From the NCBI GenBank assembly GCA_963697895.1, contig OY969100.1:1056001-1120000 (forward strand): a stretch of 64,000 nucleotides of DNA, written 5' to 3'. A model generated the notes under the pieces. It saw only the letters and a list, made by a program, of their open reading frames with translations. It ran no database searches and was not told the DNA's origin. The position numbers were made by a program, and so were the translations under genes. The stretch's first letter is position 1; each line of letters starts with the position of its first letter. Origin of the DNA: an uncultured Methanomicrobiales archaeon (GTDB lineage Archaea > Halobacteriota > Methanomicrobia > Methanomicrobiales > Methanospirillaceae). Of the stretch, positions 9,954 to 19,592 are shown in pieces.

Positions 9954-10181
9954 TTACGCGCCGGTGTACTCTCTCCCCGGGTCCATTTCTTTCAATAACT
10001 CCAGGAACACGGTGAAGATGACCACTTCCAGGTAGTCGTTGGATGAAGGGAGTGCCGTACGATCGTACCGTTCCAGCACCCTGACCAGGTGCTCCCCGTA
10101 TTTCTGTTCATGGATCTTCAAGGGGCGGATTGCCCGTTTCCATCGTTCTATCACTTTCTTCATCTCGGCATCGGTGACCAT
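9954..10181 (-). CDS. Hypothetical protein
   Basis: 75-aa helical-looking ORF upstream of sod. Confidence 0.5.
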   Translation of the reverse strand: MVTDAEMKKVIERWKRAIRPLKIHEQKYGEHLVRVLERYDRTALPSSNDYLEVVIFTVFLELLKEMDPGREYTGA

Positions 10182-10433
10182 TGCTTCTCTCATGGGGGTC
10201 ACCGGGACATCAGGGGATCCTCCGGACAGGGCGAAAGTGAATGGACAGGGCAGGCAGACTGGGGAGAACAACCCGCTCGTAACGACATTTCACCCGATCT
10301 GCGCCAATTTCCGACGGAACGCAGAAACTTCCCCCTCCCCAAGGCCACTATAGTTCCCGACGAACCGGCCCGGGACAGCGAAGATCCTTGCAGGAAAAAG
10401 AGGAATTATGTAGCCACGGAGTCCCGGTACTCT

Positions 10434-11300
10434 ATGGATTCGCTCACCCATGCCTTCCTTATCTCCGCGGTCGCGGTAGTGGCCGGGCTCCCTGAGCTGA
10501 TCTCCTTCTTCGTCCTCGGTGCAGTCATCCCGGATATCGACATCCTCTTCAAGCATTTCTCGGACCCCTCCCCCCGGTTCTACATCTTCACCCACGGAGG
10601 GTTCACGCACAGCCTGGCCGGGAGCATCCTCACCGGGCTGGTAGCCTTTCTGGTGGTATCCGTGTTCTACGTTCCGACAACGGCCGCCGGGGTATTCGTC
10701 CCCCTCCTCGCGGTCATCGCCGGTGCCGTCTCCCACGTCTTCATCGACTTCCTCGCCTCTCCCGGCATACCGGTCCTGTACCCGCTCTCGGACCGGAAAT
10801 ATTCGCTGAACGTCTTTGCCGGCCCGAGCATCTTCATGTTCGTGGTCAGTATCGTTTTCGCTGCATTCTTCCTGCTCGGCCGGGAAGGGGTGGATGACCT
10901 CTACTTCTTTCTCTGGATCTTCATTGCGGTTCTGGTGGTGCGGTCAGCGGTAAAGGGCTACGTTTCCTACCGGATACCCGGACGGGTCCTTCCGAATCCA
11001 AACCTCATGAAATGGGTGATCCTGGACGACCGGGGAACTTCCGTGGAGGTGCGGCGTTTCCAGTTCTTCCGGGGATTATCGGAGGGTACGGTCTTCCCGA
11101 AGTTCCTCAACACCACCCCGGAGGAGATCTCTCGGTACCGGAACCTGCCCGAGGTGCGACGACACCGGTTCTACTCGTACCTGTCTATTGCCCGGAAAGA
11201 GGGCGACACGATCTCCTTCCACGATCCCCTTCGCGAGGAGCACTATTTCTGGTACCCTCCCGCATACCAGTCGATCCGGGTGGCGGGCGGGAGTACATAG
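10434..11300 (+). CDS. Membrane-bound metal-dependent hydrolase (YdjM-like)
   Basis: MDSLTH, PDID, HGGFTHS, SHVFID motifs. Confidence 0.88.
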   Translation: MDSLTHAFLISAVAVVAGLPELISFFVLGAVIPDIDILFKHFSDPSPRFYIFTHGGFTHSLAGSILTGLVAFLVVSVFYVPTTAAGVFVPLLAVIAGAVSHVFIDFLASPGIPVLYPLSDRKYSLNVFAGPSIFMFVVSIVFAAFFLLGREGVDDLYFFLWIFIAVLVVRSAVKGYVSYRIPGRVLPNPNLMKWVILDDRGTSVEVRRFQFFRGLSEGTVFPKFLNTTPEEISRYRNLPEVRRHRFYSYLSIARKEGDTISFHDPLREEHYFWYPPAYQSIRVAGGST

Positions 11301-11396
11301 GAGTGAGTCGGGACCCCATTCCTTGAAGCAACCGGGGACCCGGGCCGGAGTCCCCGGGTAATGAATGCCACAAATGAGAGAATGAGAGGCCGGAAT

Positions 11397-11984
11397 TTAC
11401 ATACCGGTCGTATTCGTTTCGGTGGGTTCCGGCGGGATCAATACCGTATCGATGACCTGGATGACCCCGTTGCCGGTCACGATGTCCGTCTGGATGATCT
11501 TTGCGTTATCGACATACACCTGGCCACCGGTCGCACTGATCGTGAGATTCTCTCCCATAAGGGTCTGCACCGTCGTCGTGTTCACGAGATCGGCTGCCCG
11601 GTACTCGCCCGGAACGATATGGTACAAGAGGATCAGGCTCAACTGCCCCTCGGGATCCGCCAGGAGGGTCTGAAGAGTACCATTGGGTAATTGGTTGAAT
11701 GCGTCGTCGGTGGGGGCAAATACGGTGAAGGGGCCGGGTCCGTCGAGTGCGTCACTCAGGTTCGCCTTCTGGAGTGCGGCTACGAACGTGGTGAACCTCC
11801 CGTCAGCGACGGCGGTGCCGATGATCGTATGTGCAGGAGTCCGAGTAGTCGGCACTTCGGTCGGGGAGACCGGTGTGGCAGTCGGTGTCGCGGTCGCCGG
11901 TGGCATCGCCGGAGTCGTGCAGCCCGCAATCAGCACGCCTGCCAGACAGAGACATATGAACAGGAACAGAATCTCTTTCTTCAT
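11397..11984 (-). CDS. Fasciclin (FAS1) domain lipoprotein
   Basis: LIAGC lipobox, TVFAPTDDAF, NGVIQVIDTVL. Confidence 0.92.
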   Translation of the reverse strand: MKKEILFLFICLCLAGVLIAGCTTPAMPPATATPTATPVSPTEVPTTRTPAHTIIGTAVADGRFTTFVAALQKANLSDALDGPGPFTVFAPTDDAFNQLPNGTLQTLLADPEGQLSLILLYHIVPGEYRAADLVNTTTVQTLMGENLTISATGGQVYVDNAKIIQTDIVTGNGVIQVIDTVLIPPEPTETNTTGM

Positions 11985-12220
11985 GGGATCGACCTCTCAT
12001 GGTATCCTAAACCATCCGAAATCCGATCATATATGTATTCCGAAGTTCGGATGTGGCTGCCCCGGGAAAGGGTTCTGATAATTTTGCGGTTGATATCCGG
12101 CTCCGTCCCCGGACCAGACACCTGATGAGGAGCCATGCATACTCATGCACGGGAGCGGTTTTGAGAATACCCTCGCACATATTTCCGTATTCTCTTCAGG
12201 ATATCAGGTATCCCGCAGCT

Positions 12221-13348
12221 TCAGAGGACCTCCTTCAGTAACGGTACCTTTCGGAAGACAAAGTGTGTCATCGCATAGCAGAGGGGAACGCAGATGACAC
12301 AAAGAAGAAGCCACTTCGCGACCGGGTAGAACACGATAAACGGCGTGAACAACAGGGTGACGGGAACGATGATCGGGGGATGGAACATATAGACGGCAAA
12401 CGAGTTGTCCGACAATTTCTTGACCAACGTATTCTGGCGGTTTATTTTCTCCCGGAAGAGGGCTATCAGGGCGATGCTCATGGCAACCGCGACGAAGGAC
12501 TCCCATACGGAAAATCCGGCACTCTGCCAGGTCAGCCCTCCCATAAGGGCGGCGATATTTCCGCTGAGCGTGGCCGCAATGATCAACGCCAGCCATGCAA
12601 GGAAGCCCAGGACGATGCCGCCGATGAGCCAGCGCTTTCCCGTTCGATAGCTGATCCGTGCGAACAGGTTGTTCCTGTACGCGGCGATACCCACGATGAA
12701 AAGGGCAATGTACGAGGCGAAATAGCAGAGCTGCATATTCAGGATGCTCGTCCCGATCGGCTGTACGATCCGGATCAGGAAGGCAGAGACGGAGATGATC
12801 AGGATAAGGGCGACCGCCCGGGCAAATGTCGGCTCAAGCTGCGTCCCACCGGAAACGGGAACGCGCCTGCGGGCAGCCAGGCGCACCACCGCGTACACCA
12901 GCGAAAAGCCAAAGAGCGCCACCGCGAGCCACATCACCCCGGTGCCCGAGAGAAAACCGACGAGGTCAAACCCGGTATACGGATTCCCGAGTTCCACGTA
13001 CTCGATGAACGGCGTTATCGCCACCATATAGATCAGGGTCGGGATGATCAGGCGCCTGAACCGCCCCCCGACGAATAGGCCGAAGCCCTTCCGGTCGTAG
13101 CTCCCCGCGACAAAATAGCCGGAGACCATGAAGAGGAGCCCCAGGAAATATGCCTGTTGAAACGAGAGGTAAAATGCGAACCAGATGGTGGATGCTGTGG
13201 TCAGGTTACCTGCATCGATGTAGTACCAGCTGCCAAAGCCGCTGTACGTCACCGCCAGGTGGTGCATAACGACAAAGGTGATTACCAACAGCCGTATATT
13301 GTCAATATACAGCAGCCTTTCCTTTATATTGCCTGTCGGGTCAGCCAT
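12221..13348 (-). CDS. Acyltransferase_3 family (OpgC-like) membrane acyltransferase
   Basis: RLLYIDNIR...VVMHH, FMVSGYF, SFAVYMFH. Confidence 0.88.
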   Translation of the reverse strand: MADPTGNIKERLLYIDNIRLLVITFVVMHHLAVTYSGFGSWYYIDAGNLTTASTIWFAFYLSFQQAYFLGLLFMVSGYFVAGSYDRKGFGLFVGGRFRRLIIPTLIYMVAITPFIEYVELGNPYTGFDLVGFLSGTGVMWLAVALFGFSLVYAVVRLAARRRVPVSGGTQLEPTFARAVALILIISVSAFLIRIVQPIGTSILNMQLCYFASYIALFIVGIAAYRNNLFARISYRTGKRWLIGGIVLGFLAWLALIIAATLSGNIAALMGGLTWQSAGFSVWESFVAVAMSIALIALFREKINRQNTLVKKLSDNSFAVYMFHPPIIVPVTLLFTPFIVFYPVAKWLLLCVICVPLCYAMTHFVFRKVPLLKEVL

Positions 13349-13536
13349 CCATCAATGACCTTCATTTCCTCTCGTGAGTGTTCTCTTCTCATCCCCTTAT
13401 TATTGCCTATCCCGCATCCCGTTCTTCAGGCGGACATCTCAACCATACAAATATCTTTGAGGATTTTGCTTACCCCGTCGAGCGGGCTCGGGAAGATGAC
13501 CGGAAAGGAGGGACCGGGACCACAACCCGGTCGCAG

Positions 13537-13668
13537 ATGAGTTCCGAGGGATCAATTTCCCAGACCCTTTCACAAAAATGGGCGTCATTGAACGACTCCC
13601 CGGTCGTATACGAATACGAAGCCGATGAGAATGGAAATACCAGCGTAAAAGGCTGGTTGTTGAAATAA
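13537..13668 (+). CDS. Possible 43-aa small protein
   Basis: ATG-started ORF followed by T-tract at 13674-13680. Confidence 0.3.
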   Translation: MSSEGSISQTLSQKWASLNDSPVVYEYEADENGNTSVKGWLLK

Positions 13669-13803
13669 TCCCCTTTTTTTACTCCCGCGTCAATGAAACC
13701 ATCACCGCGAAGCCCCTTATATTCGAATGAATGTACTGCCTCCGGGGCAGTCTGACGAAAAGCCTGACTGAGGTTTCTCCCCGAATGATGGGAGACGAAC
13801 CCT

Positions 13804-16800
13804 TCACCCGGCCCCTTCCGCCCGGTTTCCTTCCCGCACCAGCCTCCCGTAACACTGCTCGCAGCACTTCGTCCTTTTTGTGGGATTCCGGTACACCGCC
13901 TCGTTCTCCCCGCAGATGTCACACCTCCCGACCGAAACGTTCAGTCGGTGGAAATCGCGGTGGTCCAGGATGCCGGGGATGGGGATTGTTCCGGATGAAC
14001 GGATAGTATTGTTATCAGGCGATCGCTCCTTCGCCCGGGAGTCTTCCGGGTGATCCGGTATGTCAGAGCGTGATCGCTCCTTCTCACGTGATCTTTTCAT
14101 ACGATCCGGTTTATCACTATGAGGTCGTGGTTTCTCCCGTGCTCTTTTTAGGCACTCATAACAGAGATACTGATCCGGAGGATCCCCTGGTGTTATCTTC
14201 AGCGAGGTCGTCGGTGACTTCCCGCAGACATGGCAGGGTACCGGGGACTCGAACGGGAGTGCGACATAGTCCTGTTCGCGGATCTGATCCCAAGATCCCA
14301 CAAGGGATCTGTTTGGGATCAGGTCTGGGATCTGCTGATTCTCGATATCTGTAATTATTTTTGCAATATCTCCATTTTGTGAGATATTATCGTCTGAAGA
14401 TCCCAGTTCTTCCGGATCGCACGCGGGCGGATTTTTCTGATCAAAATCGGAATTTTGGATCTGTGCCGAGAGGGAAGCTACTGCGCTTTCCTGATTATGG
14501 GATCTTGAGGGAGTACCTGTACTATTATTTAGAATATTATTATCCAAATTGAGTATTGTAGCATTTTCCATAGGTTTCGATCTGATCCCAGTCAAGATCC
14601 CAACCTGATCCCAACCTGATCCCATGGGATCTTCAGGATCGTTCATGTCCTGTACACCCTGATCCTGTTCATCAGGTACAAGCCAGACACCGTTACTCCG
14701 GTTCCAACTTTTGTACTGTTCATAGTTGAAGATGTAGTGATTTTCCCGCCTTCGTGTGATCGACTCCAGGCTCCCTTCGCTCGTGGTGGTCTCAATGTAC
14801 CCGAGTGCGGGACATTTCGCGAGAAGACCTCCCGGTACCCCATCCCGATCCGGTCTTCCATGAATGATTCGCCGAATCACGTTGTGCGACAGCCCCATCC
14901 ATGCCTGGGCGTCCCGGATCGTAAACTCGTTCTTCCCCATCGCGATCACCGAGTCGACGAGGAGCTGCTCGTTCTTGAGGAGCTTCGAGGTCTGGCCGCC
15001 GCTCGTCGTGTCGAGGGCGGTGAAGAGGTCGGCGGCGTTGGAGAAGTCCTCCTCCGTCGCGTCGATCTCGATGCTCCCGTCCGGGAGGGTCCGGGACGGG
15101 CGCTGCATGAACTTGAGGACGGCATGCGACCGGATGATGTCGAGGAGCATGATCGGGTTCCGGCGGTTCCGGATGCTGTCCATCCGGATCCGGTGGGCGA
15201 ACGGGACCCGGACGGTGAAGAGGTGCTCCCGGATGATCGCGAAGATCTCCCGGCAGACGGCCTGGTCATCCTCTTCCTCTTTTGTGCCGGCGGAGAGGCG
15301 GGCCCGGGCGAAGATGTGGTCCCGGACCCGGCGGTCCTGCTGCTCCGAGTCGTCGATCCAGGGGTTCATCATCCGGTTCAGCACCTGGTCGTCCCCGGGG
15401 TTGTCCACCGAGAGGATCCACCAGACGCAGCGGGGAGGGAGGGAGAGGACCACGGGCAGCCGGTTCGCGTTCAGGGTGAAGTGGGCGAGCGGCTGCTGGA
15501 ACCCGGAGGTCGCGTTTTTTAAGACTTCCCGGATGTCCTCGTTCATCGCGAAGTCGTCGAAGATGATCACGGTCCCCGGGTCGAGGGTGTGGTAGAAGAG
15601 CGCCTTCGGGGTGATCGATCCCTGCATCTTCGCGGGCTCCGGGAGGAGCCGGAGGAAGGCGTGGGCGGAGTCGCTCTTCCCTTTCCCGGAGTCCCCGGTG
15701 GGGCAGACGTGGAGCCCCCGCGAGTTCTGCACCGAGGAGGAGAGGGTGCTCGCGAGGTAGCAGGCCGCCACGATCCCGTCCCCGACATGGCACTTCGCAA
15801 AGGTCCCGAGGATGAACCGGCCCGGGTCCCCGTCCCGGAGGATCGCGAGTGCCCGTTCCCGCGATGGACCAGAATGTTTATTTTCTTTTACATCTACCAA
15901 CTGGTCAGGAGAGTATGCGGGTTGTTCCCGCACGGGAGTGGAGACGGTTCTTCCGTTTTGCTGAGCAGACGACCCCCCAATACCCTGCACGCGGGAAGAT
16001 TCCGATTCTTTTGCATAGTCCGAATCTCCTGCTCCCCGCTCTCCGGTAATGTATGCGATCTCCCCGGTCTCATTCCGGGGGGATTGCTCCTGATCTTCCG
16101 GATATGGTTCGGGCCGGAGGGTACTGTCCGGCTGATCCCGGGTATCCGGATCATTCCCCGGGAGCCGGTTGTCCATGCTCACAGGTGCTTCCGGATTATT
16201 TCCGAGGAGCTTGTGGTTGTTCCTGATCTCCGGTTGATCCCGGCTATACGGATCATTCCCGGGTGGTCTGCGGGTATCCATGCTCACGGGTGCTTCCGGA
16301 TTATCCCGGGAGAGCTGGTGTTCTTGATGATCCCGGCCATACGGATCATTCCCGGGTGATTGGCGGGTATCCATCCGTTCCGCGTACTCCTTCTCGTGCA
16401 TCATCCGGAGTTCCTGCCAGCGTTGCCTTCCGCCGCCGCAGCCCGCGTGTTTGCAGCCGGCATGGACCGCACCGTTCCCGAACTGGATCGCGAACGCCCC
16501 GTCCCGGTGGGCGCCGGAGAACGGGCACTCCTCGAGGATGAAGAGCCGGCCCCCGTTCCAGGGCTTCTCCGACCGGACCCGGATCCCGTGCTCCCGGAAC
16601 CACCCGGGGAGGTCGATCGGGACGAGCGGGTCATCGTAGACCTTCGTCTTATGAAGGGCTTGGTTTCGCGTCGAACTACTCGTCGACGAATTCCGATCGG
16701 CGTAACTCTCCCGGATTTGCCCGGAATATTTTGCAATTGACCCCGGAATTCCGCCGGCGGATGGCTGCTGCCGGATTTTTGGGATCACCGGAGACCCGTT

Positions 16801-17572
16801 CCGGGCAGATTCAGCCTCCGGCAGCAGTTGCGAGAGCGCTCCGAGTATTTCGCGTGGAACCACCGCGACGGGTTCCGGGACGGAGACCAGCCGCGATCTC
16901 CGGTAGGGACGGTCCGCGGTCCAGTCGCCTTTCCGGGAGACGGTCCCGTACAGCTTCCAGATCCGGCCGGCGTTGTACACCGCCGTGTCGATGGAGCAGC
17001 GCTCGTCGGAGAAGAGGGCCGAGAGGACGGCGAGCGCCTGCTGCACGAGCTGCCTGCTGTCGTCGTCGTTCGGCAGGTCGACCCGGTAGAGGAGATGTGC
17101 CCCATTCCCGGAGTCTCCCCTCACGGGTTCGGGGAATCCGTGCTCCCCGAGCCAGGCGGCGAGGTCCTCCGCCTTCTTCAGGGCGAGGGCATGCTCCTCT
17201 GCCGTGGACGAGACCCCGCTCGGCCGGACCGGGTCAATGTCGACCGGGAACCATCTCCGGCGAACGATGTCGCTGTCCGCCGTCGTAGCATCCTTCCGGC
17301 CGAGCCGCATCTTCACCCGGTTTGCCCGCCGGGCGAGGAGTGCCGGCGCCACCTCGTTCAGGGTGATGTACACCCCGTTCACCGTCGAGAAGTCGAGGCT
17401 GTTCCGCAGCAGAGGCGACGAGCTTCGGGTCGTCGAAGTACCCGCTGTGCGTGCCGTCCTCCGCGATCGCCCGGACCTCCACGACCCCGCCGGGAGCAGC
17501 AAGGAGCCGGACGGTCCGCTCGACCGCATCCTTCATCGTCGCCGCATCCGGGAGGGGAGCGGCGTCAGGCAT
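13804..17572 (-). CDS. Replication protein: AEP/RepB-like primase + Zn finger + P-loop ATPase/helicase + C-terminal Zn fingers (one extra base near 17401)
   Basis: VDID, DSGNGAH, NAGRIWKLYGT; CPF..H..CKH..C; Walker A GDSGKGKS, Walker B VIIFDD; CxxC..CxxC twice; N-terminus lies in the 17572 frame. Confidence 0.8.
14281..14640. repeat. Two clusters of (T/A)GATCCCA direct and inverted repeats flanking AT-rich DNA
   Basis: Direct at 14285, 14293, 14583, 14595, 14606, 14617; inverted at 14304 (7 of 8 nt), 14314, 14326, 14625. Confidence 0.8.
16120..16375 (-). repeat. Coding repeat in rep linker (MDTRxxPGNDPYxRD / NPEAPVS)
   Basis: GGATCATTCCC / GGATTAT cores at 16148, 16193, 16250, 16298, 16343. 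Confidence 0.8.
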
Positions 17573-18488
17573 GCCCGTTCACCTGCGAAGCGATCTGTGG
17601 CGAGGATTCAGATGGTGATGAGGGGAGAGGGGATCCGGTTGTTGCGGTACACGGATCTGATGCAACAGGAACAGGGGTACCGGATGGATCTGGCTGGGGA
17701 ACTGGTACTATAGTACTTGGTATTCCCGGAAGAGGATCCGGCTCGGGAGACTGTACTGTAGTACTTGTTATTCTCGAGAGGGGATCTGGTTGGGAAGTCC
17801 GACCTGGCATACCTGCTATTTCGGAGAGGGGATCTGCCCCGGGAGACTCTACTGTAGTATTTGTTATTCTCGAGAGGGGATCTGGTTGGGAAGTCCGACC
17901 TGGCATACCTGCTATTTCGGAGAGGGGATCTGCCCCGGGAGACTCTACTATAGTACCTGTTATTTTTAGGAATGGATCTGGCCGGGGAGCAAGTACTATA
18001 GTACCTGTTATTCTCGAACGAGGATCCGCTCCGATGGCTCCGGTTGGATCCGTAATCGCATTCGCTCCTCCATTCCTGCCCATTCCCCGTTCGACTGCCC
18101 TGGCCCGGTTCTCATCCCCGTACTCTTCGCCATCCGGATCGTACCCGGCATGCCGGACCCTCCTGATCCCGCCGGGGTACACCATATAGTACTTCCACCC
18201 GTCCGGTGGGGAGAGGACCCAGCATTCCTTCCGGATTACCTCCGGGTTCCCGATCGACCGGAGCCGGTCCAGCTCTTCCCCGTAGAGGATGGATACCGCA
18301 CGGGCACCCGGGACCGGCCGTCTCGACCGGCGGACCATGAGGAGGAGAAACTCCCCTTCCCGTGCGGCAAAGAGATCCGGCGGAGATCGTTCCCCGTAGC
18401 ACCGGGTGACGTACCAGCCCTGCTCCCGGAGGATATGGCATGCCTCGTACTCCGCATCGCACGCCTTCCGGTACCCTCCTTCCGTCAT
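17565..18488 (-). CDS. Hjc-like (Holliday junction resolvase fold) protein with repeat-derived C-terminus
   Basis: YRK...EYEA..IL...GW.V.R.....PDLFA resembles archaeal Hjc; the ExK position reads MVR. Confidence 0.65.
   Translation of the reverse strand: MTEGGYRKACDAEYEACHILREQGWYVTRCYGERSPPDLFAAREGEFLLLMVRRSRRPVPGARAVSILYGEELDRLRSIGNPEVIRKECWVLSPPDGWKYYMVYPGGIRRVRHAGYDPDGEEYGDENRARAVERGMGRNGGANAITDPTGAIGADPRSRITGTIVLAPRPDPFLKITGTIVESPGADPLSEIAGMPGRTSQPDPLSRITNTTVESPGADPLSEIAGMPGRTSQPDPLSRITSTTVQSPEPDPLPGIPSTIVPVPQPDPSGTPVPVASDPCTATTGSPLPSSPSESSPQIASQVNGHA
17686..18030. repeat. 48-bp-period repeat with 96-bp higher-order duplication
   Basis: GGATC at 17686, 17734, 17782, 17830, 17878, 17926, 17974, 18022. 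Confidence 0.92.
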
Positions 18489-18964
18489 GGTTCCACCATC
18501 TGGGAATGGAGCAGGAGGTTCCGGGTACCGGATCCACGATTCGGTTTCAGCAGCATGGGGAGAAGATTCCCGTTACCGGATCCATGAGCGGACCGAATCA
18601 ATAGAAGCAGGGGATTCCCGGCACGGGATCCATGGATCCGCATCGATGACGGGAGAACGTTCTCGATATCGGATCCATGGATCGGTGGCATGAGGTTCCT
18701 GCTGCCGGATCCATGACCTGGTCGCATCAGTGGCGGCAAAAGATTTCCGTTACCGGATCCCTGGACCTGGCTTACCGGCGGCAAAATACTATCCTCATCA
18801 TTCCGTCGTATCCATCTATCCTGCCGATCCTCCTCTGCGGGATCGGTATTGGCAAATTCAGCTCTTCTTAAAATACATACGGAGCCGGCATCCTGGTACG
18901 ATTCGACCAGCCCCGTCATCTGTTCCTGTTCCTGTTCCAGTTCTGTATACAACATGGCAATCAC
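18485..18964 (-). CDS. Hypothetical protein with ~16-aa repeats (HGSGxxNLLP)
   Basis: ATGA overlap with the Hjc-like gene; GGATCC at 18530, 18578, 18626, 18671, 18707, 18755. Confidence 0.45.
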   Translation of the reverse strand: MIAMLYTELEQEQEQMTGLVESYQDAGSVCILRRAEFANTDPAEEDRQDRWIRRNDEDSILPPVSQVQGSGNGNLLPPLMRPGHGSGSRNLMPPIHGSDIENVLPSSMRIHGSRAGNPLLLLIRSAHGSGNGNLLPMLLKPNRGSGTRNLLLHSQMVEP

Positions 18965-19201
18965 GGTTCAATTCATTATTCAACAACAATGCGGGAAGGG
19001 CAGCGCCCGGGCTCATCAAGACAACAATAACGGCTGGTATCACGGGCACCGGAAGATCGGAACAGAACTCCATCCCGGTCTCGCCGTGCGAAAAAAATGG
19101 CCGTTCAGAGTCCCGTTTTACAGCCGGTACCCGGTGCACCAGCCGTCATCGTCGGGTATAAAAGAGAAGGCTATTGAAGGAATGAGTTCCACCAGAGATC
19201 A

Positions 19202-19371
19202 GGCTTCCGTGGTGAGCAGAACCTAACCTCAAATGCTGCGGTGCCGACCGGAATTTTAGTGTCCCGGTCAGCACATTCACCACGAGCCAGACCTTTACGA
19301 TCCTCGTGATGACTGCCGCCCGTAATACGGGTGCATGTACCACCGATCGCGCTGTTTTGTCCAGGCTCGTG
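19202..19371 (-). ncRNA. Candidate structured leader RNA upstream of rep operon
   Basis: Multi-stem fold; 13-bp stem 19241-19253/19262-19274 whose two mismatches are G-U pairs only on the minus strand. Confidence 0.45.
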
Positions 19372-19592
19372 AGGAATCTCCGGATCATTGCTGTGCCTGT
19401 AGTGTTGCTTTTTCAGAGAATAATGATTGTGGTTACTTTGGGGATTGGGGGAAACTGCGGGGGGTATGCGGGATTTGAGAGGAGGGGTGGGGGCGGTACG
19501 GGGGGGGAGTGCGGGGAGAGGGAGGGGGATTGGGAAAGTGGATTTTGAGAGAGGAGAATTTTTTTAAGATGATAGGCGTGAGGTTTTTCTAT

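Larger units (their letters stand above)
13804..19560 (-). mobile_element. Replication module of an integrated plasmid/virus-like element (boundaries uncertain)
   Basis: Co-oriented primase-helicase, Hjc-like and repeat-derived ORFs next to an AT-rich defence cargo; no integrase or att site found. Confidence 0.55.

Noticed and set aside
18858-19388. ORFs 18858..19139 and 19146..19388 as real genes
   Set aside because: Weak starts and no recognisable motifs; the region is better explained as a structured leader, though small genes are not excluded.
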